DNA of 64,000 nt from Felis catus (GCF_018350175.1 NC_058368.1:55120001-55184000), one strand, 5' to 3'. Shown: positions 12,309-26,081, counted from the stretch's first letter. Notes: a model not told the origin generated them from the sequence alone. A program made the numbers and translations.

Positions 12309-13335
12309 TATATAAATATTATATTATATATATATTTTATATATAAATAAATATAAAATAAATAAGTATATAATATTATAAATAAAAAAAATCTGGACAC
12401 AGACCTTTCACCTTACAAAAATTAACTCAAAATGGATAAAAGACCTAAAAGTAAAATGCAAAACTATGAAGATCATAAGAGATAATAGAGAAGAAATCTT
12501 GATAACTTTGGGTATATCTATGACTTTTTAGTCACAGCATCAAAGATATGATCCATGAAACAAATAATTGATAAGCTATACTTCATCAAATTTAAAAACT
12601 TCTGCTCTGTGAAAGATAATATCAAGAGAGTGAGAACATTAGCCACAGACTGGGAGAAAATATTTGTAAAAGACCTATCTGATAAAGGACTATTATCCAA
12701 AATATGCAAAGAACTCTTAAAACTACACAAGAAGAAAACAAACAACTTCATTAAAAAATGGACCAAACCTTAACAGACTCCTCATCAAAGAACAGGTACC
12801 TATGACAAATATGCATATGTAACGATATTGCACATTATATAAGAGAAATGCAAATTCAAATCAGAGTGAGCTACTACTACACATCTATTCCTTTGGCCAA
12901 AATTGGGGACACTGACAACACCAAATACTGGTGAGGGATGCAGAGAAGTAGGAACACTCATGCATAGGTGGTGGGAATGCAAAATGGCACAGCCACTCGG
13001 GAAGATATTTGGCAGTTTCTCACAACATCAAACATATTCTTACCATAAGATCCAGACATCATGCTCCTTGGTATTTATCCAAAGAGTTTAAAAAAAAAAT
13101 GTCTACAAAAAACCCTGCACATGGATGTTTATAAAAGCTTTATCTGTAATTGTTAAAACTTGGAAGTAACCAAGGTATATTTTAGTAGGTGAATGGATAC
13201 ATAAATTGTGGAACATCCAGACAATGGGATATTATTCAGCATTAAAAAGAAATGAGCTATTATGCCCTGAAAAGACATGGAAGAAATGTAAATGCACATT
13301 ACTAAGTGAGAGAAGTCAGTCTGGTAAGGCTGCTT
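11140..13335 (+). mobile_element. L1 (L1MC-like) ORF2 3' half and start of 3'UTR, degenerate
   Basis: ORF2 remnants: LFTDDLIIYVENPK at ~11564 (RT FADD motif), WRNIACSWIGKLNIVKMSILPNL, IKFKNFCSVKD...WEKIF. Multiple stops and frameshifts. Confidence 0.92.
12259..12302. repeat. (TA)22 microsatellite followed by ~90 bp of nearly pure A/T, inside L1
   Basis: Seen directly. Confidence 0.97.
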
Positions 13336-13373
13336 GAGATAGATATGAATTCTTAGAAGCAAAAAGGAATGTT

Positions 13374-13384
13374 TTGGTTTCTTT

Positions 13385-13432
<48 letters not shown>

Positions 13433-13594
13433 AGAGAAAGGGGGGATGGGGTGGGTGAGAGAGAGGGAGAATCTTAAGCAGGCTCCATACCCAGCACCCA
13501 GCCTGATGTGGGGATCGATTTCATGACTATGAGATCATGACCTGAGCCAAAACCAAGAGTCAGAAGCTTCACTGACTGAGCCACCCAGGCACCC
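13374..13594 (-). mobile_element. CAN-SINE (shorter, older type) with (GT)n in the tail region
   Basis: Ends gagccacccaggcaccc. TSD aaaaagga(a/g)tgtt. (GT)22 at 13386-13429. Confidence 0.92.
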
Positions 13595-16039
13595 AAAAAA
13601 GGAGTGTTAGAAGGAGTGAACGGTACAGAGAATTAAATGCTGCTAAGGTTATTTTTAATGTCAACATTCAATAACTAATTATGGAATGGTAAATAACTTT
13701 ATCTGGTTTTGAAACATTAAATGGTATTTCTGCCTTCTTAATTATTAAGCTGATGAAAATACTATATGTTGAATTAGGACCTGATTTACCAAATACAGTT
13801 TTTTTAAACATTGAAGAGAAAGACGTGGTTTCTTTTAGAAAGTTTCTGTTTTAAAATACAGTCTGGAGATACATAAAGAAGGGAGAAGCACTGGCAGATG
13901 CTGAACATAATGGCCCTCGTCTCGTAACAGACAAGAAGTGTAAGCTCCCTTAACAGGCTGTTATTTGGGAACTAACCAACAGACACTGTGTGAGGCTCTT
14001 CTACAAGCTGAATATCTGAAGATGTTAAAACCTCCCTGTGGGATTGGCCTTCTTTTTTCTTAATTTTGAGATGGAAAAACACTGTTTTGAATTTCTTCTT
14101 CGCTCCAGTTGGCCAGCTTGGTTGAAAAAAGGAGCGATGTTTCCAGCCTCATGGATGATCCAAGGAAGTTATCCTCAGCTTTCAGGAAGAAGCTGGAGCC
14201 AGTGGAAATGTTACAACCCTGAAAGGTAACCCAGCCCTCTATGACAGAAATAACTCAGATGCAAAAGTACTCTTCTAAGACTGTTGGGCCAATTGGCATT
14301 GAGATTTAAAAATTCCACTAGGGAGAGATCTCAGCCCTGCTGATTTAATTACTAGGCTTTGCCTGACCTTATTTATTTAGATTTTTCTGTACTGAGTGTT
14401 GCTATGGAATCCTGCCTAAATTTATTTAGTAGTATTGAAAGAAAAAATTATGGCCCTATTTTGGTTAAAAATAACAAAAACAAAAATGGGATTTGTACAG
14501 CTAAGAAAAGATCTTATGTTAGAGAGACTTTTTTTTTTTTTTTTTAATTCCCAGATGCTTGTCTGGTCATCCAAGCCAAATGAAGAGAATTGTTGGTAAT
14601 TAAAAAGTAATTCACTGAAGTGAGTGCAGCTGTAGCAATGGCTTTCCTGCCAGACTCAATGTGATCTATAGAAGTAAATCCTAATTGTTTCAAGTGAAAA
14701 AATATTCTTCACTTATGAGGATAAATCTGAAATGTTTATTTCATTTATAAAAAAAATTGGTGAATTTTTAGCAATGAAATTATAAAGAAGAAAGGAAAGT
14801 TTGCCAATTTGGCAAATATTAGCCTCACATATGTGTGCATCAGGATAATTATATACAAACTAAAATAAGCAAGTGAATATTGTACAGCCATTTTATTTCC
14901 TTTTTTATCCTTTGGGCTTAAAAGCCTTGAAAATAAGAGTCTGGAAAAGGGAGGGGAAAATGCATTTAAATTGTTTATTTGTTTTGACTTTTGAATATTG
15001 ATAATACATTTAAACTTCATATTAAATATCACTAAAGTATGGATATTTTGTTAACTTTCTTTGAGCGTTTTCTTTGCCCAGTATTGTTTCTATGACCTTC
15101 AGATCTAAGTTTCTGCATGGTGAATACCTTCCATACCCACTGAAGGTATATGTTTCCTTTAGTTGTATTTCCCAGATTTGGGGTTGGGGGGGACTGTTGC
15201 TTAATCCTGTTAGCACTTTGAAAAATTTCCCCCCTGTTTTGGTAATTACCATGATTTTGAAACTACTTATTTCTCTTTCTGTCTTCTCTAAGAGACTGCT
15301 ATTATTTTGAAGTTAAGGGCAGAAAACATTTTCACCCTTATTGTATATGCTCCACCTTCACACATCACTTTCAGTGCATAGCAGAGTCCTGGCACCCAGG
15401 AGAACATTGGTATAAGTAAACTGTGTGAAGAAACAGTGGAGGAATGATAAATCTTATAGAAACTCTTATAATTTATTTTGATTTTATTAGATGTTTACTG
15501 AAACGTATCAGTACTATTTTTAATGCATAAGAAATATTAGTACATGGGTTATATTTATTAATGAAATGTTGATTACTTGAAGTAGAGGTGGTTTACTGCT
15601 CTACTTTTATTAAACATATGCATTTTTTATTATACTTATATTCAAACTATGTAATGGATTCATTGAGAAACTGCATTAACCACAATTTAAAGCAAAGTTG
15701 TTTGTAAATATTCTAAGAACTGAAGGATAAAATTATTCTCTGTCAGAGTATATATGTATATACAAGAAAAACTTTATGGATCTCAATTGTAAAACACGAC
15801 CTTCTGAACTGTTCATAAACTTTATGTTGGATCCATAATTTAAGTTATGAAATAAGTAAGACTTCTGTATTTAAAATACAAAATATTTAAAAGTAGAATT
15901 CAAAGATTTAATAGCTATTATTGCTTTAGAGGTTTAAAAAGAGCATAACATAAAACTGTATATGGAAATAGTAATAAGTTATTCCAAGCATGAAGGGGTT
16001 AAAAAGAAGCACATGGATAATCCTAAATTAAAAATTAAA

Positions 16040-16675
16040 GCATATTTATTCATACAGTAAATACATTCTGAGACACTCTATGTAACAATTACTGAGAATT
16101 AAAAATTATTTAGCATTTGCTTTCACAGTTACTTTCTAGTGTGGGTGAGGCAAGAGACAATAAACATGAATGAATGAATGAATGAATGAATGAATGAATG
16201 AATGAATTTTGATAGCGATATGTGAAATGAAGAGAAGTAAAGAGAAAAATGACAACTGGAGGTCAACCGATAAAGGTCCATGTCAGCAGAGACTTGAAGT
16301 ATGGGAATGAATTATCTGGATAGCCAGGGAAGAGGTTTTTGGGGCAGAGGGAACAGTATGGTAAAAGGCTCTGTGGCAGAACTATCCCTTGATTGTTTCA
16401 TAAACACAGGGTAATTTGTGTGTCTGAAATGAAATGAGTGAGACAGAGACAGGTGTAATATCAGATTGGAGAAGTGGCCCAGAATGACATGAAGCAGTGC
16501 AATGTAGCTTATGAAATGACATCTTTCATTTTGCGTAAATTGTGAAGCCACTAGATGGTTTGGAGTCAAGGAACATGTCTAATTGTCTTGAAAGGAACAT
16601 TATTATTGTTTTGTTAAGAATAAACAATAGAAGGCCAAGGATAGAAGCAGTGAGACTGGTTGGAAGCTCTTGTGA
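16040..16675 (-). mobile_element. L2 3' fragment containing (TGAA)n at 16166-16207
   Basis: L2-type text such as 'agcagagacttgaagtatgggaatgaatt', 'ggcagagggaacagtatggtaaaaggctctgtggcaga' and 'gaagcagtgagactggttggaagct'. Confidence 0.8.
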
Positions 16676-16954
16676 CTAGAATTCTATATTTAGCCGGAAC
16701 GCCCTAGTGTGACAATACCTTCTATTTATGACAATTGTCTTTTAAGATTTGTAAAACCTATACTGCATAACAACTGTGATTTATTTGAATTTATCTTTAA
16801 TATTTTGTCATAAAATGACTTTTACTTTTTCTTCTGCTTTTGGTACTATTTTTGAACTTGTACCATTTCTTTATCTGATTAACATGATTAATACAAAGAC
16901 ATGTAGCTTTATCTTAATATTCATGTACCTTGTGACATGTTGTTTACATAAACC

Positions 16955-17110
16955 ATAACAATCCTGTGAGGCAGGAGTTATCATGCCCTACTTAACAATG
17001 AAAAGTAAAGCACCTAGAGGTTAATCAACATGCCTAGTTTTCTGCTATTAAATGGCAGATCTGACATTGAGATACAGGTGTCTTTGCTACCATGGACTGC
17101 TATTTTTCCC
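16955..17110 (-). mobile_element. MIR fragment
   Basis: 'acaatcctgtgaggcagg...gaaaagtaaagcacctagaggttaatcaacatgcc' matches the MIR core. Confidence 0.7.
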
Positions 17111-19274
17111 CTGAACCAATTGGAAGTTCCTAGTCATTATGGCTTACTGATTATAACCGAATTCAAGTGAAAGACTTATAGTGATTCTGTAATGCAAAAA
17201 CATTTCCCAATTAGAAAGATTTAATAATCAAAAGTTATGTCTTTGGCTCAAAATACATATACTGAAAATTCATATCTATACTGCTCAATTGTTTTCTAGC
17301 ATAATGATATCTATAAAACACCTGCAAAGAAATTAGAAATAATCTGTCTACTTCACAACTTTCAGACTGTTATGTTGGATAAAATATTTGGTCAAATTAT
17401 TTATTTTTAAAATATTGACAAGTTGGCAGCACATTTCATATACAAACTCTTCCCAGAACAAAGTGTTGCTTATTACTTATGTTTTCTCAGTTAGCCTACA
17501 CGTTATACTCTATATATAACCCGTTATAGACTATACATAAGAAATAACCTACTTTCAAATCTGTACATTGTCTCAATCTTTTTTCTATATAATAGGAAAT
17601 ATGTGATTCTTGCTACTAAAAATCATTCTTGAGATAGTGCATTCCTTCCTTTAGTATAACAATAAACATATCCAGTTTTTGGCATTTAATGGGAAAGAAA
17701 TTTAAGACTAACAAAGTATTTGCAAGCACAGTTGATTTCTGTGAAGAATAAATAGTGTGTAAAGCCTTGTAAACCCACAAAAATAAAGAAATACTAGTAA
17801 TTTATCCAACCATTTTCATATTGCTAATACACTTGAATGGGTCAATACACTTGAATGACCAAAAATGTATTTTTCAATTTATTTGTTGCAAAGTGTTGCT
17901 GGATGTTTAATTGAATTACCCACTATTTTTCAAGGAATTAATAAGTGAGATATAAAAAAACATGCAATTACAAATATTATATCTTTTTAATATTAGCATA
18001 GTAAGCTAAAATTAATATGCATTTTAAAAGTATAGAAAGTATGAATTGACTGAGAAGTAGTCAAACGAGAGAAGTGGTCTTGTGGGGGAAATTCAAAATA
18101 TATCTCTTCTAAAAAATCAGTAACTGCTGTTGATATTTACCTTAGAATATTCCTTTAGCTTTTCATTTTATTTGGTAACTTTAAAAAAATTGTACATTCT
18201 CTGGCTGTATGAAATATAAAAATAATTTTTGAGAACTGTTAAAACATTTTTTAGATGCCTCTCTATATTTCTGAGGATTTATTCAAAATATATATTGAAA
18301 CACACCTTCCTAACAAATCAACAGATTCATGGCAAAATATTTAAAATATCTATTTTCTCCTAGAAAAGAAAATAAACCTTTCACTAACTGCAATTAAATT
18401 AGTTATTTTTAATGAAACCTTCCCAAACTTTAAGATATATTTGATAAATGAAATGCATATTGATGGTCAAACTTATAGTCAAAGTTTTCAATTGTTCCTT
18501 TTTAGTGTCCATGGCATGATCTGGAATAGGCATGTCCCAAACAAGGGGAACAAGTAAAAATCCTGGCTGGACTTTGACTAGTTTATGTGCAGCCCATTGA
18601 GAGAGGGATAGAGAAGTAGGACATGAGGTCAGGGACACTACAAGATACTAGAGTTCTTATGTTCTACATAAAGATACTGGAATATATTTGGATGAAAATA
18701 GGAAGCATCAAAAGTCTTGAGCAGAGCAGTGAGGATCTGAATTGCATTTCAATGAGTACATTTAATTATTCATTGAAAAAAAAATGTCAGACATTCCAGA
18801 TTAGTAAGGGACTTATTCCTTTAAAGAATGACATTGAAAAGCTAAAAAATTTCTTACATTTCACTGACATTCATAATTCTGGAGGTAAATTCAATCCTTA
18901 AAATGTTTTTCAGCACCTGACTTGGTAAGTGAAAATTAATCATATGTCACCAAATTCTTCCCCATTAGCCCCAATACAATTCTTCCCCATTAGCCCCAAT
19001 GCCAACTCTACCTTCATTGCAACAAGTCAGATAAAATAAGAAAACAAACAAAAAGAAATTCTGAGAAAATCTGTTTGCTAGGTTTTTGTGTTTTGTTTTG
19101 TTTGGTTTGGTTTTACAGGGACTTAGGGATAGAAATTAATTTAAAGCTGAAGGGAACAGGTTAAGTATATTCTCTAAGTTTTATATTGTGCTGCTTGATG
19201 AACCTAGCAACTTGATAAAGGTAAGGACTTCACACTGGGTCAACATATATTTTAATACATAAAATATTTTATAT

Positions 19275-19494
19275 GGGTGCCTAGGTGGTTCAGTCGGTGA
19301 AGCTTCTGAATATTGATCTCAGCTCAAGCTCCTAATCTCATGATTCATGAGATCAAGCTCTATGTCAGGCTCTGTGTTGACAGTGCAGGGCCTGCTTGGG
19401 ATTGTCTGTCTACCTCTCTCTCTCTGCCCATGCCGTGCTCGTGCTCTATCTCTCTCAAAATAAATAAATAAATTTGAAACAAAAGAAAACAAAC
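19275..19494 (+). mobile_element. CAN-SINE
   Basis: Head gggtgcctaggtggttcagtcgg, CT tract, aaaataaata tail, AT-rich TSD. Confidence 0.93.
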
Positions 19495-21109
19495 TAAAAT
19501 AATTTATAATTATGAGTAGGGACATTTTACCTTTCTAGATGTTTGTAGATATTGTATCTTCTTGTGGATAGGTAAGGATGGATTGTGAAAGAAAGGTTGG
19601 GACACTCAAACTTAGAACCGTATTGCTTATAATTATGAAAAACATTTACAGTAGTAAACCTCTAATCCAACTTACATTTAACTGTACTTATGCCTTGCTC
19701 CTTAGCTATCTAAAATCCTTAAGTTTCTGGGTATTTTTTTCCTTACACAAAGATATTTCTCTATGTCTAGGTTTTTTGTTTCACAAACTTGAACTCAGTG
19801 CTTTCAAGTTGCACATCAAATGATTCTTCTAAATAAAGACAATATGTTTCCAAAATGTACCAGCTGATAAAATAATTTTCATCCCATTACATGTATAAGT
19901 CAGGAAGGACACGACTACAATATTTAATGGAATTATAGATAATTTTAAAGTCTTCTCACATAGTCTGAAATATTGTACTGTTAGAAAAAGTGATTAAAAA
20001 TACTGCATTTATAAAGTAGATGCACAGAAGCATAGTTCTTCTGTCCTAATTTATCACTGTTAGTGGGAAAATGTGGAATCACAGAACCAGATATTTTAAA
20101 GGAAATTTCAGCAAACGTATGGTACATGAATCATAAAAAATCTTTACATGTTTAAAGAGAATGGTAAAATACACATTGGGAATTTCACATCTGTGGTTTT
20201 CAAAAGACATTCACATAAATTATAATATTCATTTTGCACTAACATAATACGAAAGGGAAAGCACCTATTATTATCCACTTACTATAAAGCAATGAATTAA
20301 TATCTAAATACAAGCTTATCTGTCAAGGAACTGAATGAGACAAGAATAAATTCCTTGTCTATGCTGTCTTCAGTTAGGTCCTCATTGTAACTTCGAATTG
20401 CTAAGGGAACATGAAAATGACATTTCAAGGTAAAATTAAATTTGTATTTTTGTTTCTATTATTGATTGAATTATTTCTTATTTCCTTGAATATTAAATTT
20501 ATTTTTTATGTATTCTCCATATTTAAGTTCTAAGCAAAATTAAATATGCAATATTACTTACTAGTAATATGGTAAAGATGACAAGATGTGATGTCAGTGA
20601 AAACCAGAGGTCTTTTATGTACATTTGTCCTTACCCTTGCGAACAGATTCTGGAAGACTCTAAGCTTTGGTGCAGCTTTTAAATGCAGTTTGAACATAGT
20701 TCCATTTAATAAACAAACAGATGCAAAATTAAAAATCTAGTTTTCTCCTTAACAAAGCACAAATGGAGATGGAGCGATGTCAATATTTTTTTTTCCCAAA
20801 GAAAAAGAAATGTTCAAAACAAGGACTCCATCTCAGCAGTTCTGACATGTTAATGGGTTTCCCTTCAACCTCCCACTATTTATCACAGGCTATTCAACAG
20901 CTCATTAACCTGTTACTAGGCTTTTACATTGTGTGACTCAAGAATCAAAGTTTTATGAATATTTTTGGTCAATTACTTTCAACTGTGCTACCCCTAAAAT
21001 GGTATTTGCTTTCCAAATATACAAAATATAAAGATTTTAAATCTTTTGGATTCTGTAATAAAAGCAGAAATATTCTATACAATTGAAAAATAAATTAAAA
21101 ACTTATCTA

Positions 21110-21240
21110 TTTCATTCATTCATTCATTCAATAAATATTTATTGAGATTCTATATGTGATGAATATTATGTAAAGTATTTAAATACATTGGTGAACTAGG
21201 CAGGCTTTTCATATTCTCATACTATTTATGGTCTAGTCAA
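21110..21240 (-). mobile_element. L2 3' end fragment
   Basis: (ttca)n followed by ataaatatttattgag is the typical antisense L2 terminus. Confidence 0.7.
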
Positions 21241-21751
21241 TAGAATTGACTGCATATTACTCTATGCTGGGCAGGTTACTAACAGCGTCTATGAAAAGGG
21301 GACCAATAGATCTTGAACACCTCTGAAGCTCAAGAAATGAGATTACTGTTAAACACAACCAATGTATTGGAGGCAATTGAATTCGGGGGTATAATGAGGC
21401 CACTTGGAATAATAAAGTGAATTTTAAGGAGTTATGCAAATGTTAGATGTATTTTTTCCTAATGTGTATGTCTGTGTAATTTTGTATATGGGAATATGGC
21501 AAATTTTTAGAAATTGTATTCAGTTTCAATTATGTTGTATTAGTAAGACCTTTTAAATTTTACTTAATTTTTAAATGCTATGTCTTCAACAAGTGTTGGA
21601 ATATGACTGATGATTAATGAGGCAAAGAAGACAAAGTCTATTAAGGGAAGTATGGATTATTCTATTGTACGTGGATTTTACACTGCTTGGAGAGAAAAAA
21701 ACGTCGATTTCCTATTTTCTAAATATCTATAGTCTCAAACCTGCTCAGAAG

Positions 21752-21981
21752 CAGGGTTTCTCAATGCTAGGACTGTTGACATTTTGGTCTGGATAACTAT
21801 TGTGAGGGTCTGTCTGTTCATACATTATAGGAATGGTTAGTAGCATCTCTGGCCCCTGCCCACTAGATTCCAATAGCTTCCCCAGCCCCTCTCTCCCAGT
21901 TTGTTGACAACTAAAAATGTCTCCTGACCCTGTTAAATGAATCCTATAGAGGCTGCAAATTGCTTTGGCTGATAACCATTG
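21752..21981 (-). mobile_element. MER20 (hAT-Charlie), near full length
   Basis: TIR-like ends cagggtttctcaa ... tgataaccattg. Body 'ttgacattttgg', 'agcatctctggcccctgcccactagat', 'gacaactaaaaatgtctcc'. Confidence 0.9.
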
Positions 21982-22542
21982 ATTTAGGAAAACTGTCTCA
22001 ACAAAACGTTGTTTTGATAAGTTATTTTGACCTATTTTATCTTTGGCTTTCAAAGCCTAAATTACATTTGCATCAGTGTTTTAAAAGGTAAGTTCAATGT
22101 GTATAAACTCATTGTAGATTGTAAAATGTATTATTTTATTCTTATGAATTGGGTATTTTGAATTATATTAAATATAAAATTAAAAAAAACCCTTTTCTTT
22201 AGCTTTCTTAAATGGGTAAAATTGATAAACTCTACATAAGAAACATAAAACTGCCTCATCTACACAATAAAGATACTGCTTTTAAAGTAAATAGTCATGG
22301 AAAAGCATTTTATAGTTAATATTGTTTTAAATAAAACTGAAATATTTTGCAGGCATCAAAACTTACTTGAAATACATTAATCTGTGCTTATAATTTGAGT
22401 ATCGTCTTATGTAGGTATTTCTATATTGATAAAACTTACTATTAAGGGCTTGTGCATATCTCCAAAAAGCCTATCAAATGCATTTCCATATTTTCCCCTT
22501 CCATACCTTTTATGTTTATGTTTGTCATGCTTTGCAAATGTA

Positions 22543-22758
22543 GGGGCACCTGGGTGGCTCGGTCGGTTGGGCAGCTGACTACAGTTCAGGTCATGATCTC
22601 GTGGTCTGTGAGTTTGAGCCCCGCATCAGGCTCTGTGCTGAGAGCTCAGAGCCTGGAGCCGGCTTCCTATTCTGTGTCTCCCTCTCTCTATGCCCCTTCC
22701 CTACTCACGCTTTCTCTTTCTCTCTCTCAAAAATAATAAACCATGAAAAAATTTTAAA
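22543..22758 (+). mobile_element. CAN-SINE (SINEC_Fc-like)
   Basis: ggggcacctgggtggctc head, 'agctcagagcctggagcc', short TSD aaatgta. Confidence 0.95.
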
Positions 22759-24991
22759 AAATGTAACTTGGAGGAGTGTTGGTATTTTTGGAGCTTATAG
22801 AGTTGGAGAAGAATAACTAGTTACAATGTTATAATTCATTGCAGTTGCTTTATAGCATTATATCTAATAATCGGCTATTTTGTTTATATCTGAGAAATTA
22901 TCTCCTAATCAATATTTTCATATGCAATATGCATGGGTATAGTCTTACAAATGCATGCATTTTTAAAACAAAAGAAGTAAAACTAATGAAGACAATTTTA
23001 TAATATCTTTAGGCTTTTTCTCATTATCTCTCAATATGTCATTAATTATTTTCATTTCATTTACTTAATTATCCCTCATCCCATATTGCTCAACCGTTCA
23101 GATTTTCAATCTTAATTTATTTGGAAACTAAGCCATGATTTTAAGTTATTACTTTGGAAAGCGACTAATAAAATTTTATATTTGGAGTGAATTTACCTTC
23201 TTTTAATAAGTTGTTTATTTATTCCTCCTCACTGTTGACCGTCTTTTCTAAGCTATCTCTGGTTTCTTTATACTTAACAGGTAATTAAAGATTTCAAACT
23301 AAACATGATATTACATGGACAGTCTTACCAATCTTTTGGAATTTATGTATTTATTTCTTATTGCTAGAAAACATATATTATGACAATAGCTATTTCCTGT
23401 ACTACTTACTATGTTTTGTTTCTCCTCTTAACTTGTAACATTCACTAAGCTTCTTAGCAGCAACCTGGATAGACCACAAACTTACCAGTGGTGGGGAGTT
23501 TCTCTGATGGGCATGAAATCTGTAATGATAACTACTTGTATTTGAGGCATGTCTAAATCCATTTAGGCTAGAAATAAATACTGCTACCTTATAGCTATCT
23601 GTGGTTACCTGAGACTAGCAAAAATAGGAATGCCAACGCATTTGAAAATTTCTTTTTAGCTTTGTCCTTTAAGACACTTAACAACAAATTTTAGTGATAT
23701 TTTGTTAATACCTCCTTTTTATTATTACCTTAATATTACTTTCCCAAAATTTTGTACCAGTTTTTCTAATCATCTCAATATCTCTTTCTAAACAGGGGAA
23801 TAATGGAACAGGACTGAAGCTTTTAGGATTATAGCACTACCTCCCATACAACTGAAAGGAAATGGATAACTATGTGTGGAAACAGAGGTGAGTCTTCAGA
23901 AGGTGCCCATTCTGGAGAGAGAGAGTGGGTTGGAATGACTTAGCCCTTGGAATCTTGATGGTAAAAAGTAGAAGGAAACAAGGGGGCAGATTTCAAATGT
24001 CATAAATAAACATCTTCAAGCAGAAGAAACAGTACCCATAACTCCAATATAAATAGAAGTGTCATCTAGTAAAGACACTGTAATATAAAACAAAAAAAAA
24101 TCTAGTAAGTAAAAAAACCCTATGAGAACCATGTGTTAACGGAAGTACAGAATCCTGAAATTCCATTGCTTACTTATCATGTAGGCAAAAAATACTAAAA
24201 CATGTCAAAACTTTTCGCTTAGTGAGTTTAAGGAATCCTTAGTGAGTTTGTAGTAGGAATAAGTATACATATTTTGATTGAATGAATTTTAATATTCATT
24301 GGGTACCTCTTGATCTGCTTACCAGAAAGTAGTTGAGAAAATGGGATATAATATCAAGAAAAATAGATGTGGGACCTGTTTTCACAGGGCTCAATCGTTG
24401 GCTGGCATCAAAAAGTTAAAGAGGTTGGATTTGACATCCTGTATCAGAAATTTAAGGTCACGAAAAAATTGTTCATCATGATTATGGCCATATAGCATAT
24501 TAACAGTCAATCACAGAAATTCCATGTTGTGGACAGAGGAAAAACATGGAAATGATTGCCTGCCTCTCCTATTTTTTTTTTTTTTTGCATTTCTGACCCC
24601 CAAAGCTTGAACAGTATCTCTTAGGATAGATACATTACTTTAAAATGAATAGAATACTAGTAAGTCCTTTTGACCAGATGACTGCTCTGGGAATCTGCTA
24701 ATACTTACACCCTGTTTATGTCAAAATATTCATATGGGGTTTAAGGCATCAGTGCAATATGAAGGAACTGGTATATGATAAATGCTACAGTCATACTTCA
24801 TGACCAGGCCTTAGTCCTGTTGTAGCTTGTTTTCCTCTCCTGCTATCTGAGTCCTATCTACTCCCAGTATCTACACTCAAATGTTGCTGTATTCAACATA
24901 GTTACTCATCGTCACTGATACTTATCCATTACAGTGCTTTACTGTGTCTCTACATTTAAAGGTTACTAACCCCAGGAATTAAAATATTTTT

Positions 24992-25195
24992 TTAACGTTT
25001 TATTTATTTTTGAGACAGGGAGAGACAGAGCATGAACAGGGGAGGGTCAGAGAGAAGGAGACACAGAATCTGAAACAAGCTCCAGGCTCTGAGCTGTCAG
25101 CACAGAGCCCGACGTGGGGCTTGAACTCACGGACTGCGAGATCATGATCTGAGCCCAAGTCGGCCACTTAACCGGCTGAGCCACCCAGGCGCCCC
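24992..25195 (-). mobile_element. CAN-SINE (SINEC_Fc-like)
   Basis: Antisense SINE. TSD gaattaaaatattttt at 24976-24991 and 25197-25212. Confidence 0.96.
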
Positions 25196-26081
25196 AGAAT
25201 TAAAATATTTTTAAAAGCGTGTCCTTTATAATCTGTAGATCATTATTTTTGTAGTTCTACTAAAAAACTTTTAGCATATAAATATCAAAAATTTCACCTC
25301 TTTTCATAATACATGGTGAGATAATCACCAATAATTAGAAATATCCTTGTAAAATTAAACTCAAACTAACCAAGCTATAGTTATAAGTAATAAGATGCAA
25401 CATTTCTTTCTATTGAACCTTTCCTTTTATCTAGGGCAAGTTAACAAAGTATTGGTGAGCTATCACTTAGAATTGCTGCTATTTTATTTTATTCTCATTT
25501 GTAAAAATCAGTTGTAAAATATAGTTCCAACCATAGGAAGAAAAGTGGAATAAAGGTACTTTGGTCTACAGCACTTGAAAAAATGTATAACTAATTCCAA
25601 ATCTCTATTAATCTGGTTTGACAGAGAAATATCATTTCAGTTATTAGCATTTTGTCATATTACCTTTTCAGATTCTTATAGAAGTTCTAGGTTTCCTTTT
25701 TGTTTGTTTTTGTTTTTAATCTGCCAAAATTCTAAGAAGTCCTTCATTTCTCTCCTCCCCTGGGTTACTGACTGCTGCCTTGAAAGTCAATGGTGACTTT
25801 GCAGCTTCTGTGCTCTTCCTGAAAGAATGGAAATTGGCTCAGTATCCAGCCTCCCTAGGCAATCAGAAGGTTTATTCCTTCCTAAGATAAACCATTTACT
25901 CAGGGGAAAAGGCCAACATGATAGATGGCCAAAAATCTGGTGAAAATATGTAATAAAAATCAAATGGCTGAAAGACAATTTACCAAGTAGCCAGGTCATT
26001 AAATTGAAAAACTTACCTATTTAGCAAATATGATGTTTTCTAAGGATTTGAAAAATTCACAAGTTCTATAAGAACGTTATA

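Noticed and set aside
11714..13091. ORFs with real protein similarity (127 aa, 72 aa, 62 aa)
   Set aside because: They are fragments of degenerate L1 ORF2 separated by stops and frameshifts, not a host gene.
20374..20429. Possible + strand exon (cttcag| ... AAG|gtaaaa)
   Set aside because: Weak donor and no supporting evidence.
23486..23519. 34-nt minus-strand segment ending at a strong donor CTG|gtaagt
   Set aside because: The acceptor has a poor pyrimidine tract and the length is frame-shifting. Probably chance.
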